From an uncultured Chlamydiae bacterium (GTDB taxonomy: Bacteria; Chlamydiota; Chlamydiia; Chlamydiales; Parachlamydiaceae): a DNA stretch of 64,000 nt. Both the position numbers and the translations under genes were made by a program. Below, piece after piece: positions 53,211 through 62,691 of the stretch. Numbering within the stretch: the stretch's first letter is position 1; each line of letters starts with the position of its first letter. The stretch is taken from positions 2,912,001-2,976,000 of the forward strand of contig CAVWGN010000001.1 in assembly GCA_963754655.1 (NCBI GenBank), in the 5' to 3' direction. A model generated the notes under the pieces. It was not told the origin of the DNA and did not search any database. It worked only from the letters and a program-made list of their open reading frames with translations.

Positions 53211-53792
53211 ATGGGTAATCATTCAGAAAAATTAAGTCCAATAGCGCAAGAAGTTGATGACTTTGTAGAAAAAAATAAAGCAGATATTCCTCCTGAGGCT
53301 GTTCCATTAGTTAAACAAGTTCTGACGAAGATGCAGACCGAAAATTTACCATTCAAAGAAGCTTTGGGATTCAGTCCTGAACTAATAGAAGAGATTTATC
53401 AATACGGATATTCCCTTTTTCAAAGCGGCAAATATCAAGAAGCACTGCCCGTTTTCAATATTCTGCGATTTATAGATGGCAACGATGAACGTTTTACATT
53501 TTCCCTCGCCGTTACCCATCATCATATGAAAAACTACATAGAAGCAGCGGGCAACTATATGCTATGCGAATTAGTCAACCCTGATGATCCCCTTCCCGCT
53601 TACCACCTGTCTGATTGCTTTATCAAAATGAATCAACCCGAGCTCGCTTTTAATGCAATGAAAATGGCCCATCAATTTGCTGCACAAGATCCTAAATATG
53701 CTGAATTAAAAGAAAAAATAGAATTAGAGCTTGAGCATCTCAGATCTGTGACAAATGGAACGAAAGAAAAACAAGAGTTATCACCTAAATGA
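53211..53792 (+). CDS. lcrH: Second SycD/LcrH chaperone
   Basis: IYQYGYSLFQSGKYQEA, DPLPAYHLSDCF. Confidence 0.9.
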   Translation: MGNHSEKLSPIAQEVDDFVEKNKADIPPEAVPLVKQVLTKMQTENLPFKEALGFSPELIEEIYQYGYSLFQSGKYQEALPVFNILRFIDGNDERFTFSLAVTHHHMKNYIEAAGNYMLCELVNPDDPLPAYHLSDCFIKMNQPELAFNAMKMAHQFAAQDPKYAELKEKIELELEHLRSVTNGTKEKQELSPK

Positions 53793-53814
53793 AATGGCTC
53801 AATGAGGATATTTT

Positions 53815-54477
53815 ATGACTACGCCTATTTTTAATACGGGATCCAATTTAACGCCCAATTATACTAACGAAAACGAGCTCGAATACGTTAAAAGTTCTGA
53901 ATCTTCTCAAGGTTCTAAAGGAGCAATCTTGACCAAAGATTCTTTAGAGGTCCCTTTTGAGAAACACATTAGCATTCAAAGCCAAGAGGCAGACGCTGGT
54001 CGTCCATTTTTGCCTCCTCTTTTTCGCATGCGCTTGATCGAGGATCGCCAGCCTGAAGATTTAAGTAAACATTACTATCAAACTCTAAGGAACAGTTTGT
54101 CTCCTCTCTTAAAAAACAAATTAGAAAGAGACGAGACCCAATTGACCCTCGCTGATCGAGATCCTGATCTCATTGCTTTGGATATAAGTTTGAAATTTGA
54201 GGCTAACTTGCTTGCTTTGACTGATACGCTTTCCGTTCCAAGCAACGATGAAGAGAGAATCCTAATTAGCGCTCAACAATACATTGCACTACCCTCTCTC
54301 GTGCAGCAAGAGCTTTTAAATGATGGAGCAAAAGTTTTACGCTTTCTTGATCATTATTTAAGCTCTATTGGGCCTAATGAGGCAAGTTATGACATCTTAC
54401 TCAATGTTTCAAATCAGATGAGGGAGGCTTTAGAATTATTGAAATTAAATCGGGAAACTACTGTGACAGAGTACTAG
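53815..54477 (+). CDS. Hypothetical protein in translocon cluster
   Basis: 220-aa ORF with RBS GAGG. Confidence 0.7.
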   Translation: MTTPIFNTGSNLTPNYTNENELEYVKSSESSQGSKGAILTKDSLEVPFEKHISIQSQEADAGRPFLPPLFRMRLIEDRQPEDLSKHYYQTLRNSLSPLLKNKLERDETQLTLADRDPDLIALDISLKFEANLLALTDTLSVPSNDEERILISAQQYIALPSLVQQELLNDGAKVLRFLDHYLSSIGPNEASYDILLNVSNQMREALELLKLNRETTVTEY

Positions 54478-54497
54478 TTAAAATCCAGGGGTCCAGG

Positions 54498-55472
54498 ATG
54501 GAATTGCAAAAAAAAATTTCTTATTATAATAGACTCAAACGCTTAAGCCATCAACTTGCCTTAAGCGAACACCTCTTGCAACATCATCCTAAGGTTAAAG
54601 GAAAGTGGGCAATTTTACAGACGCTCGTTCATGGTTTGCATTTGCAGATGCAATGGGCAATCGCCGGCCCTCCTGCTCGCTTACTGATGACATTTCAATC
54701 TGCTTTGCACGCGCAAGAAACGGAAAAGAGTCAAGCGGGATTTGTGGGACCTGCGATGCAGCGCCTGCAACAGTTAGTGACGCATTTTATGCATTTGTCT
54801 CTTCCTCCAACCGAAAGAGACTTGGCTCCCTTGGTATTTGCTTTTACCCAAGTGATTGCTTTGGGAACGCTTTTTATCGCCACGCAATTAGTGGAAAATT
54901 GGAAACGCCTTTTCCCTCAGAATGACGATCCCTTAGCTACCGAAAAAGCAGGATTGCTGCTAAAAGAGCTTGGCCTCACTTTTATTTTGGGTTCGCGCAC
55001 AGCAGAATCTGCTTTTCGCTCGATTGCAGAGGGGTTAGGACTTAAAGAAGTGAGTCAAAAAAGAATGACCGATAGTGGCATGTGCTTTTTGTTGGTTCTG
55101 TTAATTTTGAACCAACAGCACGAAACAGTGCAAGATGAGGAGTTTTTAGACACGCTGAAGCGCTTTATGCAACCCACCTTAGACTCTATTGAGCCTGCTC
55201 TTCAAGAGGCAGAAGCGCAACGCCTTTTAGATACTCATCAAGCCTCTCTTGCTTTAAGGCAGGTTCAAGTGATGCGTCAAGCGTTGGAAGCTTCTGATGC
55301 AGAAGCCATCAAACAGGCTTTGTCAGCCAGCTTTGATCTGTTAGGCATTTCCTTTCAGGAAGCCAAGCAAGACACACAACGATTAAGTGCATTTTGTGCA
55401 CAATTAAACAAGAGTTTTAAAAATATTTTTGACCGCACTGCCCTGACGGCAACAGTGATACATGCAGCTTAA
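54498..55472 (+). CDS. Hypothetical protein in translocon cluster
   Basis: 324-aa helical ORF with short hydrophobic stretches. Confidence 0.7.
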   Translation: MELQKKISYYNRLKRLSHQLALSEHLLQHHPKVKGKWAILQTLVHGLHLQMQWAIAGPPARLLMTFQSALHAQETEKSQAGFVGPAMQRLQQLVTHFMHLSLPPTERDLAPLVFAFTQVIALGTLFIATQLVENWKRLFPQNDDPLATEKAGLLLKELGLTFILGSRTAESAFRSIAEGLGLKEVSQKRMTDSGMCFLLVLLILNQQHETVQDEEFLDTLKRFMQPTLDSIEPALQEAEAQRLLDTHQASLALRQVQVMRQALEASDAEAIKQALSASFDLLGISFQEAKQDTQRLSAFCAQLNKSFKNIFDRTALTATVIHAA

Positions 55473-55504
55473 GTGTAAGCTTTACCGTTCGATCAGTGCT
55501 TTAA

Positions 55505-56590
55505 ATGGAGAATGAAAATATGAAAGGCCCAATAGAAAATCAATCAGGCTCACAGTATCAATATGAATACACGGGTCCGCAAGGCACAGGGCAAGCGGAA
55601 ACAGGAGGTGAATTACCTCCTGTCATGCCTGAAGGTGGCCCTCTTCCTACTCGCGATGCATTAATGCCTAGCTTACAGCAAGAAGCTAAGGAAAAACCCC
55701 CTGGGGTTGATAAACCTGGATTACCTCCGCCTATTCCCACTCCGAAAGATGTGCGGAATGAGGACCTTAGAACGAGAATTCTAAAAGGATTGATAGGTTC
55801 TAATCCCGCTTATACAGGTAAGAACTATTTGGGTATATTAATGATAAAGTATGGGGACTATCTAGATAATGTGAGTAAGACTCGCTTAAATGAATCCAAG
55901 CTAGAACAGACAATTCAAGAATTTAAATTCAAATTGGGCATAGAAAATGCCAACTTTGCAAAAACGCTAAAGGATTTTGCTGCACAAAAAGAATTCATAG
56001 CCGCAATCGGTCATTATGTGAATGCGGCAGTCAGTTTTATTCAGATAGGCGCTTCGGTTCACCAAAGAGGAGCCGCCAAACGAGAGGCTGCAAAAAGCGT
56101 TGAGGCTGAAAAGCAGGGACCCCAGAAGAAATTAGATGACCTAACAGCAGAAAGGGATGCGCTGCAAGGACAGACTGGAGACTTCGCCGCCGGCTCACCA
56201 GAAGAACAGCAACAATTGACACGCATAGCTGATAAAGACAAGGAAATTGCGCTAGCGCAAAAAGATCTCAATCTTATTAAACATAAAGAAGATAAAGCCT
56301 ATAAATGGGAGCTCCAACAAAGAGAAAAAACCGTTGACAATTTGTTTCAAGCTTTTAAAGGTTTAACAGATGGCGCAACTCGATTTGCAAGCGGATTAGT
56401 GACATTAGAAGAAGGAAAGCTTGAAAAAGCCAAAGGAGTCAATGAGGCCCTTTTGCAAGTGTTGAGTAAATTAGATGATGACTTAAGAAAATCTAGAGAC
56501 GAACTGCTTGGTCAACTTGATAAATTTTTCCAAGGCCTAGGTCAACTCGTCTCCGATTCAGTCAGAGCTCACCTTGTTGGCCGCGGATAA
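55505..56590 (+). CDS. Probable minor translocator (CopD/SctB-like)
   Basis: PGLPPP motif, one hydrophobic segment (FIAAIGHYVNAAVSFIQIGAS), amphipathic C-terminus. Confidence 0.6.
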   Translation: MENENMKGPIENQSGSQYQYEYTGPQGTGQAETGGELPPVMPEGGPLPTRDALMPSLQQEAKEKPPGVDKPGLPPPIPTPKDVRNEDLRTRILKGLIGSNPAYTGKNYLGILMIKYGDYLDNVSKTRLNESKLEQTIQEFKFKLGIENANFAKTLKDFAAQKEFIAAIGHYVNAAVSFIQIGASVHQRGAAKREAAKSVEAEKQGPQKKLDDLTAERDALQGQTGDFAAGSPEEQQQLTRIADKDKEIALAQKDLNLIKHKEDKAYKWELQQREKTVDNLFQAFKGLTDGATRFASGLVTLEEGKLEKAKGVNEALLQVLSKLDDDLRKSRDELLGQLDKFFQGLGQLVSDSVRAHLVGRG

Positions 56591-56648
56591 ACAGAACTTA
56601 ATTAGCTGCTTTTTAACTTAAAGCCTTTTGATGGATCTCGATGTCATC

Positions 56649-56678
56649 AGCCAACCCTTTTCTTAAAGGGTTGGCTTT
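56649..56678 (+). terminator. Perfect 12-bp hairpin, terminator or stabiliser
   Basis: AGCCAACCCTTT-TCTT-AAAGGGTTGGCT followed by a short T run. Confidence 0.65.
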
Positions 56679-56702
56679 GAAAGTAAAATTTAAAGGGGAT
56701 CT

Positions 56703-57092
56703 ATGATGCTAGAGAAGCTGATAGAACAATTAAGCCATGAACTGTCCATGGAAGATGTCATTACCTCTACTGAAGATCACCGCTATCTTTTACCCTTTGA
56801 CAATCATATCGAAGTCCAAGTCCTTGATTTAGAAAAAGGTTATTTAATTAAAGGAGTCATTGGAGCATGCCCTCAGCAAAACAAAGAGTCATTTTTGCTT
56901 AAAACAATGGAAGCCAATTTATTTGGTCGAGGAACTCGAGGAGCGGTAATAGGACTAAATGACGAAGGGAAAGTGTTGACCCTTTCGCTTGAGCTAGATT
57001 ACAATAGTTCTTTTCAAGACTTCAAAGAGAAGTTAGAAGATTTTATTAGCGTGATTGATTATTGGCGTAAAGAAGCCACAAAACATCAATAA
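56703..57092 (+). CDS. scc4: Class I T3SS chaperone (Scc4/CT663-like)
   Basis: MEANLFGRGTRGAVIGL, LEDF...YWR; upstream of cdsD. Confidence 0.85.
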   Translation: MMLEKLIEQLSHELSMEDVITSTEDHRYLLPFDNHIEVQVLDLEKGYLIKGVIGACPQQNKESFLLKTMEANLFGRGTRGAVIGLNDEGKVLTLSLELDYNSSFQDFKEKLEDFISVIDYWRKEATKHQ

Positions 57093-57132
57093 AAAAAATT
57101 GTTATCTTTTTTTGAATGAACATGGGTAAATT

Positions 57133-59100
57133 ATGGTTGCAAAGCTAGTAATAGAAGAAGGTGATCTGAAGGGATTATCATTGTCGCTTGAAGAAGGCGA
57201 TAGCTGGACCATTGGGCGAGATCCGGAGGAGTGCCAGCTTGTCATTGAAGATCCTTTAGTTTCTCGCAAGCATTTCATTACGCATCGTACTCCTGAGGGT
57301 TTTGTTGTCGAAAATTTGAGTGCTACTAATCCTGTCTTAGTCAACGAAGAAGAAATAAATGAACCGCACCTTTTACAAAACGGAGATGCTCTTAGGATTG
57401 GCAATGAGGTCTTGCGTTTCTACGAAGACACATCCGCTCAAGTTCTTGATGAAGAGATCTCACCTGATATCGAATCAAACGACATGGAAAATCTTGCTCC
57501 TGAAGAAGGCGAGATCATTCCTCAAGTCGAAGAACCTCCCTTTTCGACACCTCCTCTTCCCTCCTCTCTCCCCTTGGAAGAACAAACTCCCCCTTCCTCC
57601 CCTCCTATAGAAGAACAAACTCCCCAACAAGATCTCCGACAAGACACCATTTTTGAAGATGAAGATGCAGATTTAGCCTCTTTAGCTGAAATTGATTTTG
57701 GCGTAGTCGAAACCGGACGCTGGCTGCTCAAGGTCATTGGAGGTCCTAATAATGGAGCTGAATTCTACATGCAGGCCGGCAATCATTATGTTCTGGGGAC
57801 TGATCCACAAAGTTGCGACATTGTTTTTCATGACACCAGTGTTTCACGCCAACATGCCCGCATTACTGTCACCCCTGAGGATGAACTTTTAATCGAAGAT
57901 CTCAAAAGCCGTAATGGCATCTTAATCAATGGTGCCCCTATTGAAGGTAGGCAACCTCTTATTTCTAATACAATTATTACTTTGGGAACAACTTCTTTTG
58001 TCGTCTATGATCGCGAAGGGGAAATGCAAACCATTATTTCGCCGCTTCTTCCCTCTATTGTCAAGGTATTGCAGCAAGAACCTGCCAAAACAGAACCTCC
58101 ACCTGAAGAGCCTGCCGTTAAGGCAGAGCCTGAACCTATTGCTGTGCCAGTTTCGACTCATCCACCTATTGTTGAACCAATACCTCCCCCTCCTAAACCC
58201 CCACGGCAATTTGGGCCTTATATTGTTTTAACGGCAATTATTGGCCTATTTGCTCTTGCCGGCATTGGAACCTCTACTCTTTTCCGTGAAGAACCCGTTA
58301 TTATACACATGCAAGAGAATGCAGATGAATTAATTCAACAAGCTCTAAAGCCTTTTCCAGCTGTTCGTTGGACATTTAATAAATCTAATAGCAGCCTTTT
58401 GCTATTGGGCCACGTTTCAAGTTTATCTGACAAAAATCAACTTCTCTATAATTTAGGAAATTTAAAATTCATTAAAAGCATTGATGACAATAATATCATC
58501 ATTGATGAAGGTGTGTGGAACGAAGTCAACTCTCTTCTGTCTAGCAATCCTGCTTGGAAAGGAATTAGCATTCACTCGTCCGCAGCTGGCCAATTTATTC
58601 TCTCGGGTCAATTGCAAACGCGTAAACAAGCTGAGCAACTCTCTTCTTATCTAAGCTTGAATTTCCCCTATCTCGATTTACTCAAAAAACAAATTGTTGT
58701 TGAAGAAGATGTCGTCAATCAAATCAATGCCTGGCTACGTGATGCTCAATTATCCGAGGTTGTTCCTAAAATGACTAACGGTGAAGTGATCCTAACAGGA
58801 GGAGTTCCACCTGCAAAGGTCAATGAATTCACTGATATTCTTGCAAAAATTAAGCAAATTCCTGGCGTACGCATTGTGACGAATCTCGTTCAGACTCAAA
58901 CAGCTGAAACAGGAATTATCAATATTTCAGATCATTATCCAGTCACAGGAAAATCGCGTGTAGGCAATAAATATACCGTGGTCATCAACGGTCGCATTCT
59001 TTCAGAGGGCGATGATTTGGATGGAATGACAATTACTCAAATCACCTCTAGTCGGGTTATGCTGGAAAAAGAGGGAGATCAATTTCGCATTGATTACTAA
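57133..59100 (+). CDS. cdsD: T3SS inner-membrane ring SctD/CdsD
   Basis: Two FHA domains, TM segment, BON-like domains. Confidence 0.93.
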   Translation: MVAKLVIEEGDLKGLSLSLEEGDSWTIGRDPEECQLVIEDPLVSRKHFITHRTPEGFVVENLSATNPVLVNEEEINEPHLLQNGDALRIGNEVLRFYEDTSAQVLDEEISPDIESNDMENLAPEEGEIIPQVEEPPFSTPPLPSSLPLEEQTPPSSPPIEEQTPQQDLRQDTIFEDEDADLASLAEIDFGVVETGRWLLKVIGGPNNGAEFYMQAGNHYVLGTDPQSCDIVFHDTSVSRQHARITVTPEDELLIEDLKSRNGILINGAPIEGRQPLISNTIITLGTTSFVVYDREGEMQTIISPLLPSIVKVLQQEPAKTEPPPEEPAVKAEPEPIAVPVSTHPPIVEPIPPPPKPPRQFGPYIVLTAIIGLFALAGIGTSTLFREEPVIIHMQENADELIQQALKPFPAVRWTFNKSNSSLLLLGHVSSLSDKNQLLYNLGNLKFIKSIDDNNIIIDEGVWNEVNSLLSSNPAWKGISIHSSAAGQFILSGQLQTRKQAEQLSSYLSLNFPYLDLLKKQIVVEEDVVNQINAWLRDAQLSEVVPKMTNGEVILTGGVPPAKVNEFTDILAKIKQIPGVRIVTNLVQTQTAETGIINISDHYPVTGKSRVGNKYTVVINGRILSEGDDLDGMTITQITSSRVMLEKEGDQFRIDY

Positions 59101-59126
59101 CAGGTAAATCTCTATTAAATGAGGAT

Positions 59127-59381
59127 GTGGCAATGTTTGGTTTAGAAAGTCAAAAAAAGAAAAAGCCTAATGAAGAGTTTATCTTTGAACTTGAAAAGGA
59201 TCTTAAAAATCCTGCAAAACAGAAAGAGATAAGGCAACAAGTAGAGAACCGCCTTCAAAAAATTAAAGAGACCTTACGATCAGGTGATGATCAGGAGGAA
59301 TTTGATCGTTTCGGCATCCTTCTCCATGGTTATAACTCTCTACTTAAAGTCATATCGCGCTTTACTTCCAAAACGAAATAA
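59127..59381 (+). CDS. cdsE: Needle co-chaperone CdsE
   Basis: FELEKDL...LRSG...FDRFGILLHGY; follows cdsD. Confidence 0.8.
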   Translation: MAMFGLESQKKKKPNEEFIFELEKDLKNPAKQKEIRQQVENRLQKIKETLRSGDDQEEFDRFGILLHGYNSLLKVISRFTSKTK

Positions 59382-59393
59382 GGATTTAGGATT

Positions 59394-59858
59394 ATGAACG
59401 AGGAAAAATTATTAGAGTTTAAAGAGGACTTTGCGCTTCTCATTGAAGCAGGTTTTGTCGCAGTCAAGCAACTCGATGAAATCAGCGCAAGCCGTATTTT
59501 TCAAGCGGCTCAAGCCCTCAGCCCATCCAATACAGCCCCTCAAATTGGAATGGGTTATATTGCCATCAATAAATTGGAAATTAAAGAGGCAACCCGCATT
59601 TTTGAAGCTGTCACTCAAACAGAGCCAGAAAATCATCTGGCTCAGACATTTTTAGGCATTTGCTTTTTGTTGACTAAAGGAAAACAAAAAAAAGGGGAAA
59701 AAATCATCAAAGAAGCCATGGAAAAGACCAACGATCCCACCATTAAAAACTTAGGCTCTCTTTCGCTTGAGTGGGCTTTAAAAGATTTATCTAAAAAATC
59801 TTCCGCACCTTTTTTTGCTGGGCAAAAAGATGCGACTTCAGAAGAAGAAAGCAAGTAA
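59394..59858 (+). CDS. cdsG: Needle TPR chaperone CdsG
   Basis: DFALLIEAGFVAVKQLDE and TPR pattern. Confidence 0.8.
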   Translation: MNEEKLLEFKEDFALLIEAGFVAVKQLDEISASRIFQAAQALSPSNTAPQIGMGYIAINKLEIKEATRIFEAVTQTEPENHLAQTFLGICFLLTKGKQKKGEKIIKEAMEKTNDPTIKNLGSLSLEWALKDLSKKSSAPFFAGQKDATSEEESK

Positions 59859-59920
59859 TATCCAGTCGTTGCAACACCTCGCTGTATTAGCAATCAATTT
59901 CGCCTCCTTATCGACTGTTT

Positions 59921-61769
59921 CTAGTATTTCATTACATGAGTTTAGCCTATTGGGACTGCTTCAAAGCCCGGGATTGGGATGAGATGATTCTCTTGTAGTC
60001 TTCAGACTACATGATGAGGGCTAATCTAACCCAGGGCGATGCCCTGGACCGGGACTTAACAAAGAACTATTTTTGGACTTGATATTCGTCGCATCAATTT
60101 AGCAACACCACGGCTGTAATAGACTTTAGAGGCATATTTCCCGAAAATGACGCGAAAAACATCAAGCCCAAAACAGTTCTTTGTTAAGTCCCGGCATATG
60201 GCTAGGTAATCGGAATTTTTATCTTTGTTTTTGCAATGTTGCTTGATCCATATCCTTTCCCTCAGCGACGAGCGGCGTTAGCCGCGCATGGATAGTAGCC
60301 GTGGGTGTAGGCGCAAGCCGAAACCCACGGTTACCCACAAAACAAATTTGAGCCACGTTAGTGGCGTAGCATTCGTTTAAATAAACATCGCTCCACTATC
60401 ACATTTCCTACGCCACTAACGTGGCTTCATTTTTTTTACCATACACCGTGGGTTCCGGCTTCGCCTACACCCACGGCTACTATCCATGCGCGGCTAACGC
60501 CGCTTGAGCGACAAACTTAGCTTCTGGAGTTTGCCGGAAGCATTTCGTTCCTAGCTTATGGCCGGGACTTAACAAAGAACTGTTTTGGGCTTGATGTTTT
60601 TCGCGTCATTTTCGGGAAATATACCTCTAAAGTCTACTACAGGCGCAGTGTTGTTAAATTGACGGGACGAATATCAAGCCCAAAACAGTTCTTTGTTAAG
60701 TCCCGGCCATAGGCTAGGATCGAAATGCTTCCGGCAAACTCCAGAAGCTAAGTTTGTCGCTCAAGCGGCGTTAGCCGCGCATGGATAGTAGCCGTGGGTG
60801 TAGGCGCAAGCCGAAACCCACGGCTACCCTCAAAACAAATTTGAGCCACGTTAGTGACGTAGCATTCGTTTAAATAAACATTGCTCCACCATCACATTTC
60901 CTACGCCACTAACGTGGCTTCATTTTTTTTACCATACACCGTGGGTTCCGGCTTCGCCTACACCCACGGCTACTATCCATGCGCGGCTAACGCCGCTTGA
61001 GCGACAAATTCAGCTTGTGGAGTTTGCCGGAAGCATTTCGATCCTAGCCTATGGCCGGGACTTAACAAAGAATTGTTTTGGGCTTGATGTTTTCGCGTCA
61101 TTTTCGGGAAATATACCTCTAAAGTTTATTACAGGCGCGGTGTTGTTAAATTGACGGGACGAATATCAAGCTCAAAACAGTTCTTTGTTAAGTCCCGGCC
61201 ATAGGCTAGGATCGAAATGCTTCCGGCAAACTCCACAAGCTGAATTTGTCGCTCAAGCGGCGTTAGCCGCGCATGGATAATAGCCGTGGGTGTAGGCGCA
61301 AGCCGAAACCCACGGTTACCCTCAAAACAAATTTGAGCCACGTTAGTGGCGTAGCATTCGTTTAAATAAACATTGCTCCACCATCACATTTCCTACGCCA
61401 CTAACGTGGCTTCATTTTTTTTACCATACACCGTGGGTTCCGGCTTCGCCTACACCCACGGCTACTATCCATGCGCGGCTAACGCCGCTTGAGCGACAAA
61501 TTCAGCTTGTGGAGTTTGCCGGAAGCATTTCGATCCTAGCCTATGGCCGGGACTTAACAAAGAACTGTTTTGGGCTTGATTTTTTTCGCGTCATTTTCGG
61601 AAAATATGCCTCTAAAGTCTATTACAGGCGCGGTGTTGTTAAATTGACGGGACGAATATCAAGCCCAAAAATAGTTCTTTGTTAAGTCCCAGCCCTGGGT
61701 TAGATTAGCCCTCTTCATGTAGTCTGAAGGACTACAAGAGAATCATGTCCTCCCAACCCGGCTTAAAAG
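59921..61769. repeat. Mosaic array B-left / C / D* / C / D / C / D / C / B-right
   Basis: C at 60049-60194 (inverted), 60562-60706, 61055-61198, 61547-61692; D at 60202-60554 (altered left end), 60714-61047, 61206-61539; 7-bp linkers. Confidence 0.92.
60714..61047. mobile_element. Palindromic family D unit (334 bp)
   Basis: CTAGGATCGAAATGC...GCATTTCGATCCTAG; ~148-bp arms around a ~40-bp spacer. Confidence 0.88.
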
Positions 61770-61929
61770 ATCGCTCTTTGCCTTTGCGAGAAGTTGATTT
61801 AAACTTGCTAACGAAAAATTAATTGCAAAATTAAACTAATGTTTATTTAATAAATAAACTAACGAAATAATTACAAAAAATAAACAATTTCTAAACAATA
61901 AAATATTTGAATTGGAAATAGCATCGTTC

Positions 61930-61958
61930 TTGATTTAATTAAGAATTAATGCTATAAT
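61930..61958 (+). promoter_or_regulatory. sigma66/70-type promoter upstream of cdsF
   Basis: TTGATT-N17-TATAAT. Confidence 0.65.
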
Positions 61959-62281
61959 TAAAAGTGAAGAATAAGGCACCGCTTGAATACGTATAAAGTA
62001 AGTCTTTAGTCCTATTGAAAGTGCAAGAGATTTATCAAAGAAAACAAGCGTGCAAAATTAAGGAGACAATGAAGAAGTCCATTCATTCAGCGTAAGCTAA
62101 ATGATGTAATTGATTCTTTTCTTTGTCTTTAATTTATAAAGTTTAAGTGTTGTAGCGTTTCAGAACCGAAGTTTAAAGGGATCAAGCTCTTAAACTTCAG
62201 GAAGTGTAATTTCCCAAATCTGAATTCCCTACTGAACTTATTATGTATCTTAATAAGAAGAAGTAGTTGGAGGAAAAATTT

Positions 62282-62536
62282 ATGGCTATAGGCGACGGAA
62301 CAGTAAGAGAAGGTTTCAGTACAGATGAATTGCTGAAAATCATCGGTGACGGAACCAAGATGGTTGATAAAAAATTAAAGGAATTGAAGGCACGAGGAAG
62401 TGCGATCAGTATTCCTGACATGTTTGAGATGCAAATGCTGATGAACAAGCTTTCTCAACTATCCGAAATGTCAACCTCTATCGTCAGTGCGTCTAACACT
62501 GCCATTAGCTCAATGGCGCGTAACGTTAAGTCATAA
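62282..62536 (+). CDS. cdsF: T3SS needle subunit SctF/CdsF
   Basis: 84 aa; MFEMQMLMNKLSQLSEM...MARNVK; GGAGG RBS. Confidence 0.9.
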   Translation: MAIGDGTVREGFSTDELLKIIGDGTKMVDKKLKELKARGSAISIPDMFEMQMLMNKLSQLSEMSTSIVSASNTAISSMARNVKS

Positions 62537-62691
62537 TGATGGAATAGCCAAAATAAATTTTGGCAACTCCCATCACATGTGGCTCTTGGTGTGGAAATTC
62601 ATTTATATTTAAAGCAATGAGTTTTATCAGAATGATTTTCCTCCCAAGGCCACTGTTATTATAAAGATTTTTAAGATAAGGGAAGCTTATC

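Noticed and set aside
57102..59893. Short antisense and alternate-frame ORFs in the T3SS genes and elsewhere
   Set aside because: Shadow ORFs of well-supported genes.
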